DNA of 64,000 nt from Elusimicrobiota bacterium. GTDB taxonomy: Bacteria > Elusimicrobiota > Elusimicrobia > UBA1565 > UBA9628. The position numbers and the translations under genes were made by a program. Location of the stretch: assembly GCA_016218545.1 (NCBI GenBank), contig JACRDQ010000030.1, positions 256,172-320,171 on the forward strand. The letters are read 5' to 3'. The notes under the pieces are model-generated. The model ran no database searches, was not told the origin of the DNA, and saw only the letters and a list, made by a program, of their open reading frames with translations. Below, in pieces: positions 1 through 8,170 of the stretch (position 1 is its first letter; every line of letters starts with the position of its first letter).

Positions 1-380
1 GCCCCACCACGCTCCCGTGGGGCCTGAGCATGGGCGGACACCCCCTCTGCACCACGCCCCATGAGCTCTGGGGCGTCCCCCTGCATCCAGCACAGCTCTA
101 CGAGGCCCTGGGCAACGCCGCCATCGCCCTGGTGCTCGTCAAAGCGGTCCTGCCGCGGGTCCGTTCCGGCCCCGGCCCGGGCCGCTGGCCCGCCGGCTCG
201 GCCTTCCTCGCCTACCTCGCCGCGTATTCTTGCCTGAGGTTCGGCGTCGAGGCCTTCAGGGGGGATGACCGCGGCATGTCGTGGGGCTTGTCCGTGGCGC
301 AGTGGACCGCAGGGGCCTGCTTGATCGCGGCCGTCGCGGCCGGAGCTCTGCTCCGGAGGAACACGGGAGGGAGAGCATGA
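1..380 (+). CDS. lgt: Prolipoprotein diacylglyceryl transferase Lgt, C-terminal fragment. The gene starts upstream of the window and stays in frame from position 3.
   Basis: The translation contains HPAQLYEALGN and LRFGVEAFRGDDRG, matching the Lgt C-terminal signature (HPSQLYE ... FRIIVEFFRQPD in E. coli). There is no in-frame stop between position 3 and the listed ORF start at 30. Confidence 0.6.
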   Translation, partial: PTTLPWGLSMGGHPLCTTPHELWGVPLHPAQLYEALGNAAIALVLVKAVLPRVRSGPGPGRWPAGSAFLAYLAAYSCLRFGVEAFRGDDRGMSWGLSVAQWTAGACLIAAVAAGALLRRNTGGRA

Positions 381-1321
381 TCGGCATCGGCAAAGGCAGG
401 CCTCGCAAGCTCGTGTGTCCTGAATCGCTCGAAGGGGTGAGGCTGGACGAATTCCTGGCCAAGGAGCTGGGCGTGAGCCGCTCCCTGGCCAAGCGCCTCG
501 TGGAGGAGGGCCTCGCGACCGTGGACGGCGGCGTCCGGGCGGCCGACCTGCGCCTGCGGCCGGGCCAGGCCGTGGTCCTGTCCGCCAGGCCCGAGCCTCC
601 GCCCGCCTTCGGCCTGGAGGGGCGCGTGCTCCACGAGGACCGCGAGCTCCTCGTCTTGGACAAGCCCGCAGGCCTGCTCATGCATCCGCTGGGCACCACG
701 TGGCTCACCGATCCCATGGCGGCCCGCTGGGAGCCGGACCAGAACCTGGCAGGGCTCCTGCAGGTCCTGCGTCCCGGCATCGTGAAGGCCCGAGTCCCGC
801 GCTGCGGCATCGTCCATCGTCTCGACCGGCAGACCAGCGGCGTCCTGCTCGTGGCCAAGACGCCCGCCGCGTACGAACGTCTGACCGGGGCCTTCAAGGA
901 CCGGCAGATCTCCAAGGTCTACCGGGCCATCGTTCTGGGCGTTCCCACGGACCGGTCGACCTCGGTGGACGCGCCCGTGGGCCGCCCTCCTGGCAGGAGG
1001 ATGGTCAGGGTGACGCCTCTGGGCAAGACCTCCGTGACGCGCGTCCGGGTGGTGTCCTCCTGCGCGTCCGCGGCCCTCATCGAGGCCCGGCCCTTGACCG
1101 GAAGGACGCACCAGATCAGGGCCCACCTGACGCACCTCGGCCATCCCGTGCTCGGCGACCCCGAGGCCCAGTTCCCGGCCGGCTTTCCGAAGCCTCCGCG
1201 CCTGATGCTGCACGCCTGGCGCGTGGAGCTGGTCCATCCCTCCACCGGCCGCAAGGCGGCTTACGAGGCGCCGGTGCCCGCTGACTTCACCTCGTTCTGG
1301 GCGCGCCTGCGGAAGGGATAG
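379..1321 (+). CDS. rluD: RluA-family 23S rRNA pseudouridine synthase (RluD-like) with an N-terminal S4 RNA-binding domain
   Basis: The ATG at 379 gives MIGIGKGRPRK..VRLDEFLAKELGVSRSLAKRLVEEG, an S4-like domain. The core HRLDRQTSGVLLVAKT motif is typical of the RluA family. The longer ORF beginning at 281 is an N-terminal run-on. Confidence 0.8.
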
Positions 1322-2798
1322 CGAAGACCGAGGCGCCTTCCGCGTCGTCGCGGAAGACCGGGGCTCCCAGGCTGGACTCAGCCCAGGCCCCGATGAGGGC
1401 TCCCATGTCCCTTGCCCCGGCCGGCACGAAGCCTCCGGGCAGGAAGGAGTGCTCCACGTGGATATGGGTGACTCCAGCCTGGCGCGAGGTCTCGACCCAT
1501 TCCCGCGGTCCGGAAGAGCCGAGCGGCGGGGGGAGGCACTGTCGTCCGGTCAGGAGCATCACCGTGTTGAACTTGAGGCTTTCGACGACCGCGTCCGGAG
1601 GGCTGTTGAGGCGGACCCACTCCATGGTCCGGGCCTGATAGGAGGCCGGCCTGGTCAGGGACGCTGACACCAGCCTTGCGTCCTGCCGGAGCGCGGCCAG
1701 GGCCAGGAGTGCCAGCGCGGCCCGGCCCAACCAGGCCTGTGCCGGCCGGTCCGAGGGGGAGAGGGACCCGATCGCGGAGGCCGCGAAGAGCCAGACCAAG
1801 GGCGCGAGGGGGATGACGTAGCGGGAGTCCTCGGGGCTCCAGGTCAAGTGCAGGACCAGGACCAGGACGGTGTAGGCGGCCATGGCGAAGACCAGGGGCG
1901 TCTCCTCCCTGGAGCTCGTCATGAGGCGCCCTGCGCCCCACGCAGCGCAGCTCGCCAGGGCCAGACCCGCGGCCAAGACCAGCCAGCCCGGAGCCTGGGC
2001 GCCGGCCAGCCCGTCTCCGAAGAAGGAGGCGATGACGGCCAGGGCGTGGCTTCCCTGCGCCCCGGGTTCGCCGAGCAGGGCGACTTGGCTGCGCCAGTTC
2101 ACGGCGTATCCGGTCGAGACCCCGGCCGCGAGCTTGTTGCGCAGGAGCCAGAGGCCAAGGGGCGCCAGGCTCGAGAGGAGGAACGCGCCCTGGCGCCTGC
2201 GGCCGGGAGTGGCGAGGGCTCCTGCGGCCAGGGCCAGGCACAGGAGGCCGCCGTGCGGACGGATGAGACCCGCCCAAGCAGCCGCGGCCCACGCGCAGCC
2301 GGTCAGGGCCCAGGAGCCGGACCGGGTCCCCAGGTCCAGGGCCATGAGCGTCAAGGCCAGGTAGGGGATGTCCGGGAGCACGAGCCCGGAGTGGCGCACG
2401 AAGACGGGAGAGAGCGCGGTCAGGCCGGCCGCTGCCAGGGGCCACGGGGCCGGCAGGAGCCTCCAGCCCAGCCGCCAGGTGAAGAAGACGGCCAGGACCA
2501 TGGCGGCCAGCGGCACGCCGCGCAGGAGGCCCCACCGCGGCTCCGCCAGCCAGACCGGGCCCAGGAGCAGCGCCGCGTAGCCTGGCAGCGGGTCGCTGAC
2601 GGGCACGCCCTGGGCGTCGGGAAGGGCGAAGCCTCCGTGCCGCAGGGAGCGGGCGAGCAGGACCTGGACCGAGTCGTCCTCGATGAGCCCCACGGGGTTG
2701 CCTTTCGAGGCCGCGAGATGAAGGCAGAGCAGCGCGGCTGCGGCCGGCAGGATGAGGCGCGTTCTCACGGCCCGGGCTCCTCTGCGGAAAGCGCGCAC
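1287..2798 (-). CDS. Polytopic membrane protein of the GT-C glycosyltransferase type (family 39/83-like, ArnT/PMT_2-like)
   Basis: A 503-aa hydrophobic protein. Its N-terminus LIEDDSVQVLLARSLRHGGFAL..DPLPGYAALLLGPVWL is paralogous to the next gene upstream. Confidence 0.5.
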   Translation of the reverse strand: MRAFRRGARAVRTRLILPAAAALLCLHLAASKGNPVGLIEDDSVQVLLARSLRHGGFALPDAQGVPVSDPLPGYAALLLGPVWLAEPRWGLLRGVPLAAMVLAVFFTWRLGWRLLPAPWPLAAAGLTALSPVFVRHSGLVLPDIPYLALTLMALDLGTRSGSWALTGCAWAAAAWAGLIRPHGGLLCLALAAGALATPGRRRQGAFLLSSLAPLGLWLLRNKLAAGVSTGYAVNWRSQVALLGEPGAQGSHALAVIASFFGDGLAGAQAPGWLVLAAGLALASCAAWGAGRLMTSSREETPLVFAMAAYTVLVLVLHLTWSPEDSRYVIPLAPLVWLFAASAIGSLSPSDRPAQAWLGRAALALLALAALRQDARLVSASLTRPASYQARTMEWVRLNSPPDAVVESLKFNTVMLLTGRQCLPPPLGSSGPREWVETSRQAGVTHIHVEHSFLPGGFVPAGARDMGALIGAWAESSLGAPVFRDDAEGASVFAIPSAGAPRTR

Positions 2799-4393
2799 GC
2801 CAGGCTCGGCTCGAGCTCGAGCGCGGCCTTGAGCCTGCGGCGGAGGATCTTGGACGACGCGCCTGAGGCGGGGTCGCGGGCATGGAGGCAGGCCGTGTAG
2901 GCCTCGAAGTAGCGGCCGGGAGCCGGGTGGTGGATGCGGAACACGGCCGTGCCTTCCCTCGGGTTCGCATAGAGCTCGGAGGCATAGGGCGTCTGGCGAG
3001 CCCAGGACTCCAGGGTGGGGAGCTTGAGGTACGGCAGTGAAGGGTAGGCGAACTCTCCGGACAGAAGGCCCCTGGAGACATGCAGGTGGGTGACCCCGCG
3101 CGCCAGGGCGGAGGCGAGCCAGGCGTGCCGGTCGTAGACGGTCAAACCCGGCGGGACCGTGCGCCGTCCCGTGAAGAGCTCCACGGTGTGGAAGGCCAGG
3201 CTCTCCACGCGCGCTTCAGCCGGGAGGTTCTCGGCCAGCCAGGCCATGGTCTCCGGCTCGAAGGCCGGCCGCGGGCCCAGCCCCCTAGCCGCAAAGCCCA
3301 GGTCATGGCGCAGGAGGGCTGCGGAGAAGGCCAGCAGCAGGAGGCCGGCGGCCAGGGGTCTGCGCTCCAGCCAGATCCTCAGTGAGGCCATGATGAGGAT
3401 GACGACGAACGGGAGCAGGGCGATGAGATACCTGGCCTCCTTCAGGGGCCAGGTGGAGTGCATGGCGAGCACGAAGATGACGTAGGTCGCCATGGCCGCG
3501 GCCGGGACGCCTTCGCTGCCCCGCGCCAGGCGCACCGAGCCGTGAGCGACGAGGGCCAGGCATCCCAGCCCGGCCGCGGCGCTCAGGGCCTCCGGGCCCG
3601 TGACCCCGGCCAGGCCCTGGCCGAAGAGCGCGCCCAGGAGCCCAAGGACATGTCCGGCCTGCTGGAGCGGGTCGGCGAACAGGAAGGACTGGGACTTCCA
3701 GTTCGCGACGAAGCCGGTGACCGTGTCTCCTGCGAGGAGGTTGCGGAGCATCCAGCCCGCCAGGGGGAGGAAGGCTCCGGCCAGGAAGGCAAGTCCGCGG
3801 CCCCACCCCAGCCTCAGCCACACGGCCATGCCCAGGCTCAGGCCGAGGATGCTGCCCTGGGGCCTGGTCAGGCACCCTAGAGCGGCGGCCAAGGACAGGG
3901 CCGGCAGGGCCCAAGCAGGACTTCCGGGAGCCAGGGCCGCGGCTCCGAGGAAGAGGGCCAGGGACAGGGCGAGATAGGGGATGTCCGCGATCACGAGCCC
4001 GTCGAGGCCCACCAGCACGGGGTTGAGGGCCACGACTAGGGCCGCGGCCAGGGCCCAGCCCGGGGAGAGGAAGCGCAAGGCCAGGCGCCAGGTCAGCCAG
4101 ACCGAGAGCAGGGCGAAGGCGACGATCATGGGCTGGAGCAGGTGCCAGCGAGGCTCGACCAGCCAGGACGGGATGAGGAGCAGGGCCGCAAACCCCGGCA
4201 GGGGATCGGTCACGGCGGCGCCGTCCGCCAAGGCGAAGGCGCCGGTCCTCAGGGACTTGGAGAGGAGGATGAAGAAGGCGTCGTCGTTGAACGCTCCCAC
4301 GGCGAAGCGCCGGGCCGCGAGCAGGTGGAGGCCTGCCAGGGCCAGGCAGGCAGGCGCCAAGAGCCATGCCATGGGGAACGCTCGTCTCTTCAT
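2765..4393 (-). CDS. Tandem paralog of the 1287-2798 gene (GT-C glycosyltransferase-like membrane protein)
   Basis: The N-terminus AFNDDAFFILLSKSLRTGAFALADGAAVTDPLPGFAALLLIPSWLVEPRW is clearly homologous to 1287-2798. The two genes overlap by 34 nt. Confidence 0.5.
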   Translation of the reverse strand: MKRRAFPMAWLLAPACLALAGLHLLAARRFAVGAFNDDAFFILLSKSLRTGAFALADGAAVTDPLPGFAALLLIPSWLVEPRWHLLQPMIVAFALLSVWLTWRLALRFLSPGWALAAALVVALNPVLVGLDGLVIADIPYLALSLALFLGAAALAPGSPAWALPALSLAAALGCLTRPQGSILGLSLGMAVWLRLGWGRGLAFLAGAFLPLAGWMLRNLLAGDTVTGFVANWKSQSFLFADPLQQAGHVLGLLGALFGQGLAGVTGPEALSAAAGLGCLALVAHGSVRLARGSEGVPAAAMATYVIFVLAMHSTWPLKEARYLIALLPFVVILIMASLRIWLERRPLAAGLLLLAFSAALLRHDLGFAARGLGPRPAFEPETMAWLAENLPAEARVESLAFHTVELFTGRRTVPPGLTVYDRHAWLASALARGVTHLHVSRGLLSGEFAYPSLPYLKLPTLESWARQTPYASELYANPREGTAVFRIHHPAPGRYFEAYTACLHARDPASGASSKILRRRLKAALELEPSLACALSAEEPGP

Positions 4394-4443
4394 AGGGCGC
4401 CGGTGAAGGGGCCTGGAACGGGTGCATTATATTAATTAGGCCG

Positions 4444-4452
4444 TGGTATAAT
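4444..4452 (+). promoter_or_regulatory. Extended -10 element TGGTATAAT 6 nt upstream of the ATG at 4459, suggesting a leaderless transcript
   Basis: An AT-rich island in an otherwise GC-rich region, gtgcattatattaattaggccgtggtataatgccttcATG. There is no SD sequence between the -10 box and the ATG. Confidence 0.3.
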
Positions 4453-4458
4453 GCCTTC

Positions 4459-5097
4459 ATGATGAAGATGAGGGGTCCTCTCAAGCCGGTCTTCCTGGCC
4501 GCCGTGCTGGGTATGTGCGGCGCTTCCGCTCAGGCGGAGTCCCAGCGACGCTTCGTGAGCGGGCAGATATGGAAGAACGGCTCCCACTCCTTTTCCATCA
4601 ACGAGTACTCCCTGGGCATCAGCCTCTGGGTCAATGCCTCGGGCTCGAACCTCTATTTCAGCGGCAGGCCCTTCTCCGGTTCGGTGTGGGGCTCCGGGAC
4701 GTACATGACCATCAGCGGCTCCGGCGTCCAGGCGACCGTCAGCAAGTGGGGGAGCAACTATTCCGTCAGGGGCACGTTCCACCCGGCGGCCGGCGGGCAG
4801 GCGGTGCGCGTGGACTTCACCATGCACGCTCTGGGCCGGGAGGACGACCCGGTGCGTCCTCCCTCCTACAGCGTCTACGACGGCGCCTCGGGTGCGAACC
4901 TCAACCTCAACCCCTCGGGCGCAGACGGCTACAGCATCTCAGGCTGGGTGGATACGGAGAAGTTCGGGGCCCACGGCACCTCCCTGGTCGCGCTGGTGGC
5001 CAGCGCCAGCCTCGAGGCCAGGCCCGAGCCCAAGGCCGCGCAAGAGCCGGCGAAGCTGCCCGGGGCCAGGCTGGCCCCCCTGCCTTCTCCTCTCTAG
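4459..5097 (+). CDS. Hypothetical secreted protein with an N-terminal signal peptide
   Basis: MMKMRGPLKPVFLAAVLGMCGASAQA is a signal peptide. The protein is Ser/Gly-rich with no recognisable domain. Confidence 0.55.
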   Translation: MMKMRGPLKPVFLAAVLGMCGASAQAESQRRFVSGQIWKNGSHSFSINEYSLGISLWVNASGSNLYFSGRPFSGSVWGSGTYMTISGSGVQATVSKWGSNYSVRGTFHPAAGGQAVRVDFTMHALGREDDPVRPPSYSVYDGASGANLNLNPSGADGYSISGWVDTEKFGAHGTSLVALVASASLEARPEPKAAQEPAKLPGARLAPLPSPL

Positions 5098-5157
5098 CTC
5101 CCCTTCGCCAGCGGGATCCTGACGCCCTGCCCCGCGCTCCCGGGTCCCGCGGCCGGA

Positions 5158-6405
5158 TCAGGCGCCATAGCGGCCGACGAGCTCCTCTTTCGTCTTGCCC
5201 AGGATCCCGTGCTTCCTGCCGACCTTGACGAAGGCCTCCAGCGCGCGGTCGAGGTGGCTCGTCTCGTGGCCGGCCGAGATCTGCGTGCGGATGCGGGCCG
5301 TGCCCGGCGGCACCACGGGGTAGAAGAACCCCACGGCGTAGACGCCCTCGTCGAAGAGGTCCCGGGAGAAGTCCTGGGAGAGCTTGGCGTTGAAGAGCAT
5401 GACCGGCACGATGGGGGTGTCGCCCTCCTTGAGGATGAACCCGGCCTCGGCGAGGCCCTTGCGCCAGTAGGCGGCGTTCCTCTCGAGCTTGTCGCGCCGC
5501 TCCGTGCTCTGGGTCAGCATGTCCAGGACCCGCAGGACCCCGGCGACGACGACCGGCGCGATGGTGTTGGAGAAGAGGTAGGGCCGCGCGCGCTGGCGGC
5601 ACATCTCCACGAGCTCCCGGCGGCCGGAGACGCAGCCGCCCGAGGCGCCGCCCAGGGCCTTGCCGAAGGTCGTGGTGATGAGGTCGACCTTGCCCCGGAC
5701 CCCGTACTTCTCCGGCGTGCCCCGGCCGGTCCTGCCGATGAACCCGGTCGCGTGGGAGTCGTCTACGAAGAGCAGCGCCCCATGAGCCTCGCAGAGGCGC
5801 TCCAGCTCGTCGAGCGGCGCGCAGTCGCCGTCCATGGAGAAGACGCCGTCCGTGATGACGACCTTGAGCCTCCTGCCCGCGTGCTTCTCGAGCAGGGAGG
5901 CCAGGTGCGCCATGTCGCAGTGCTGGTAGATGTCGCGCTGGGCCTTGCAGAGCCGGACGCCGTCGATGATGGAGGCGTGGACGAGCCGGTCCGAGATCAT
6001 GACGTCGCGCTCGCCGAGGACGGCCTCGAAGACGCCGGCGTTGGCGTCCATGCAGGAGGGGAAGAGGATGGTGTCCTCGGTGCCCAGGAACTCGGTCATG
6101 CGGGCCTCGAGCTCCTTGTGGATGTCCTGCGTGCCGCAGATGAAGCGCACGGAGGACATGCCGTAGCCGCGGGCGTCCAGGCCCGCGTGCGCCGCCTTGA
6201 CGACCTCGGGGTGGCTGGAGAACCCGAGGTAGTTGTTGGCGCACATGTTGATGACCTTCCTGGGAGAGGCGCCCGCCGGGAACTCCACTTCGATGTCCGC
6301 GGCCTGGGGGGAGCGGATGAAGCGCTCGGCCTTGAAGAGCCCGGAAGCCCTGATGCCCTCGAGCTCCTTCTGGAATCCCTGACGAACCGTCTCGGTGAAA
6401 GCCAT
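5158..6405 (-). CDS. kbl: Glycine C-acetyltransferase (2-amino-3-ketobutyrate CoA ligase), a PLP-dependent enzyme
   Basis: From MAFTETVRQG it aligns end to end with E. coli Kbl, including SVRFICGTQDIHKELE, SDRLVHASIIDGVRLCKA, DGVFSMDGD, TFGKALGGASGG and FFYPVVPPGTARIRTQISAGH. No tdh gene lies next to it. Confidence 0.85.
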   Translation of the reverse strand: MAFTETVRQGFQKELEGIRASGLFKAERFIRSPQAADIEVEFPAGASPRKVINMCANNYLGFSSHPEVVKAAHAGLDARGYGMSSVRFICGTQDIHKELEARMTEFLGTEDTILFPSCMDANAGVFEAVLGERDVMISDRLVHASIIDGVRLCKAQRDIYQHCDMAHLASLLEKHAGRRLKVVITDGVFSMDGDCAPLDELERLCEAHGALLFVDDSHATGFIGRTGRGTPEKYGVRGKVDLITTTFGKALGGASGGCVSGRRELVEMCRQRARPYLFSNTIAPVVVAGVLRVLDMLTQSTERRDKLERNAAYWRKGLAEAGFILKEGDTPIVPVMLFNAKLSQDFSRDLFDEGVYAVGFFYPVVPPGTARIRTQISAGHETSHLDRALEAFVKVGRKHGILGKTKEELVGRYGA

Positions 6406-6602
6406 GGTCCCTCCCGGTCCTCCGCGCCCCAAGACTACCATGATTGGCCGACGGAATCAACCTCGCGCGGGGCCCTGCCCGGGGCGGTTAGGTAGAACTA
6501 CGGAGTGCCCCTTGGGGCTGCCACGGATTGTGTCCCGGCCGGGGGTTGGGGTACCATGAAGTACCGCCCGGCTCCTCGACACGGCCGGGCAGGAGGACCT
6601 CG

Positions 6603-7295
6603 ATGGACTTCTCAAAGCCGCTCTCCATGACCCCTGAAGGACTCGGTCCGCACGCGCACGCCGCCCTCATCCACCTCTCCCGCCAGGAACAGCTCTCCTT
6701 CGTCGTGCCCTATCACCGCTCAGGGCTCGAGCGCGGGGAGAAGTGCGTCTGTGTGGCCGACGCCGACGGCGTCGAGGCCCTGTGGGCCGCCTTGAGGGCC
6801 GCCGGGGTCGACGCGGCCGGGGCCCTGGCCAAGGGGCAGCTCGCGAGCCTCTCCCCCGAGGAGGTCTACCTGAAGGACGGCCGCTTCGACCCTGCCCCGA
6901 CCTTGGCCGTGTTTCGGGGAGCCATCGAGGAGGCTCGCCGGCAGGGGTTCTCCGGGCTGCGGGTTTCCGCGGACATGACCTGGTCCTGCGGCGGGGCCGC
7001 GGCCATGCCGCTCCTGGCGGACTACGAGGCCGAGGTCAACCGCCTCTTCGAGGACCACCCCTTCGGCGCGGTCTGCCAATACGAATACGGCCGCTTCTCC
7101 GCGGACGCCCTGACCAGGGTCGTCTATACCCACCCCTTGGTGATCTTCGGCGGCAGGGTGCACTGGAACCCCTTCTTCATCCCGCCGAACGAGTACCTCA
7201 GGCCGCGGGACCCCGACGCGGAGCTCACGCGCGTGCTGAGCATGCTCTGCCGGGCGTCCTCCATGCGGGAGCGGCCCGTCCCCGTCGTCGTCTGA
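6603..7295 (+). CDS. MEDS-domain sensory protein (methanogen/methylotroph DcmR sensory domain)
   Basis: Translation starts at MDFSKP after a strong AGGAGG SD. Motifs HAALIHLSRQEQLSFVVPY..GEKCVCVAD..LRVSADMTW..YEYGRF match my memory of the MEDS family. Confidence 0.5.
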   Translation: MDFSKPLSMTPEGLGPHAHAALIHLSRQEQLSFVVPYHRSGLERGEKCVCVADADGVEALWAALRAAGVDAAGALAKGQLASLSPEEVYLKDGRFDPAPTLAVFRGAIEEARRQGFSGLRVSADMTWSCGGAAAMPLLADYEAEVNRLFEDHPFGAVCQYEYGRFSADALTRVVYTHPLVIFGGRVHWNPFFIPPNEYLRPRDPDAELTRVLSMLCRASSMRERPVPVVV

Positions 7296-7314
7296 CGGTC
7301 GGGCCCCCCCGCCG

Positions 7315-8064
7315 ATGAGTTATAATGGAAGGGTGACCCCTGGCAAGGCCGACACGAGCGGGCAGGAGGGGATCCGCTATAAGATCCTGACGGTGGATGA
7401 CGACGCCGAGTGCCTCTCCATGCTGCGGGTCTGCCTGAGCCGAGCCGGCCACACGGTGCTGGCCGCGCGCTCCGCCCGCGAAGCCCTGCTGGCCGCTGTG
7501 GACTCCGGTCCGGACCTCGTCATCTCGGACGTCCAGATGGCGGGCGATGACGGCTTCGAGCTCTCGCGCCGCCTCAAGGCCGGCCCCGCGACCGCGCGCA
7601 TCCCCATCATCCTCCTGTCCGGCGCCAGCAAGGATGTCCGGGACCAGCTCGAGGGCTTCGGCCTCGGGGTCGACGACTATCTGATCAAGCCTTTCGAGCC
7701 GGCCCTCCTCCTGGCCAAGGTCCACGCGGTCCTGCGGCGCTACGCCGTCGCCGAGGAGCTGCGGGACGTGGTGAAGTCCAGGGGCGTGGAGCTCGACGTG
7801 CAGGCGCGCACCGTGTCCTGCTCGGGGTCCCCGGTCGCGCTCAGCCGCAAGGAGTTCGACCTGCTCATCACCCTCATCCGCAAGCGGGGCCATGTCTTGA
7901 GCCCGTCGTTCCTCCTGGAATCGGTCTGGAGCCAGGACCTCGCGGAATACAACGATCCGCGCACGGTGAAGGTCCACATCTCGTCCCTGCGAAAGAAGCT
8001 GCCGCCCGCCGTGGCGCGGCGCATCATGACCGTGCCCGGCTCCGGCTACCGCTTCGACGCCTAG
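7315..8064 (+). CDS. OmpR/PhoB-family response regulator (receiver plus winged-helix domains)
   Basis: The receiver has ILTVDDD ... DLVISDVQMAGDDGFEL ... DDYLIKPF. The C-terminal winged helix has LSRKEFDLLITLI..RTVKVHISSLRKKL. Confidence 0.85.
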   Translation: MSYNGRVTPGKADTSGQEGIRYKILTVDDDAECLSMLRVCLSRAGHTVLAARSAREALLAAVDSGPDLVISDVQMAGDDGFELSRRLKAGPATARIPIILLSGASKDVRDQLEGFGLGVDDYLIKPFEPALLLAKVHAVLRRYAVAEELRDVVKSRGVELDVQARTVSCSGSPVALSRKEFDLLITLIRKRGHVLSPSFLLESVWSQDLAEYNDPRTVKVHISSLRKKLPPAVARRIMTVPGSGYRFDA

Positions 8065-8170
8065 GCGCCGGCGGGCTTCTGCCGTCGACCGCGTCCCTGG
8101 CTTGACCTTTTTTTTACCGCCATCCGGCACACTATGATTGGGGACGGCGGACGTCGCGCCGTACGATGCC

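Noticed and set aside
1378-3081. 567-aa Arg/Pro/Gly-rich ORF on the minus strand
   Set aside because: It is antisense or out of frame relative to the GT-C membrane protein genes. Its RPGRA-type low-complexity composition is typical of GC-rich overprinting.
8095-8136. TTGACC hexamer followed by a T8 run, considered as a -35 element or as a terminator for the OmpR gene
   Set aside because: No matching -10 at a 16-18-nt spacing and no convincing stem before the T-run. It is mentioned only as an ambiguous T-tract.
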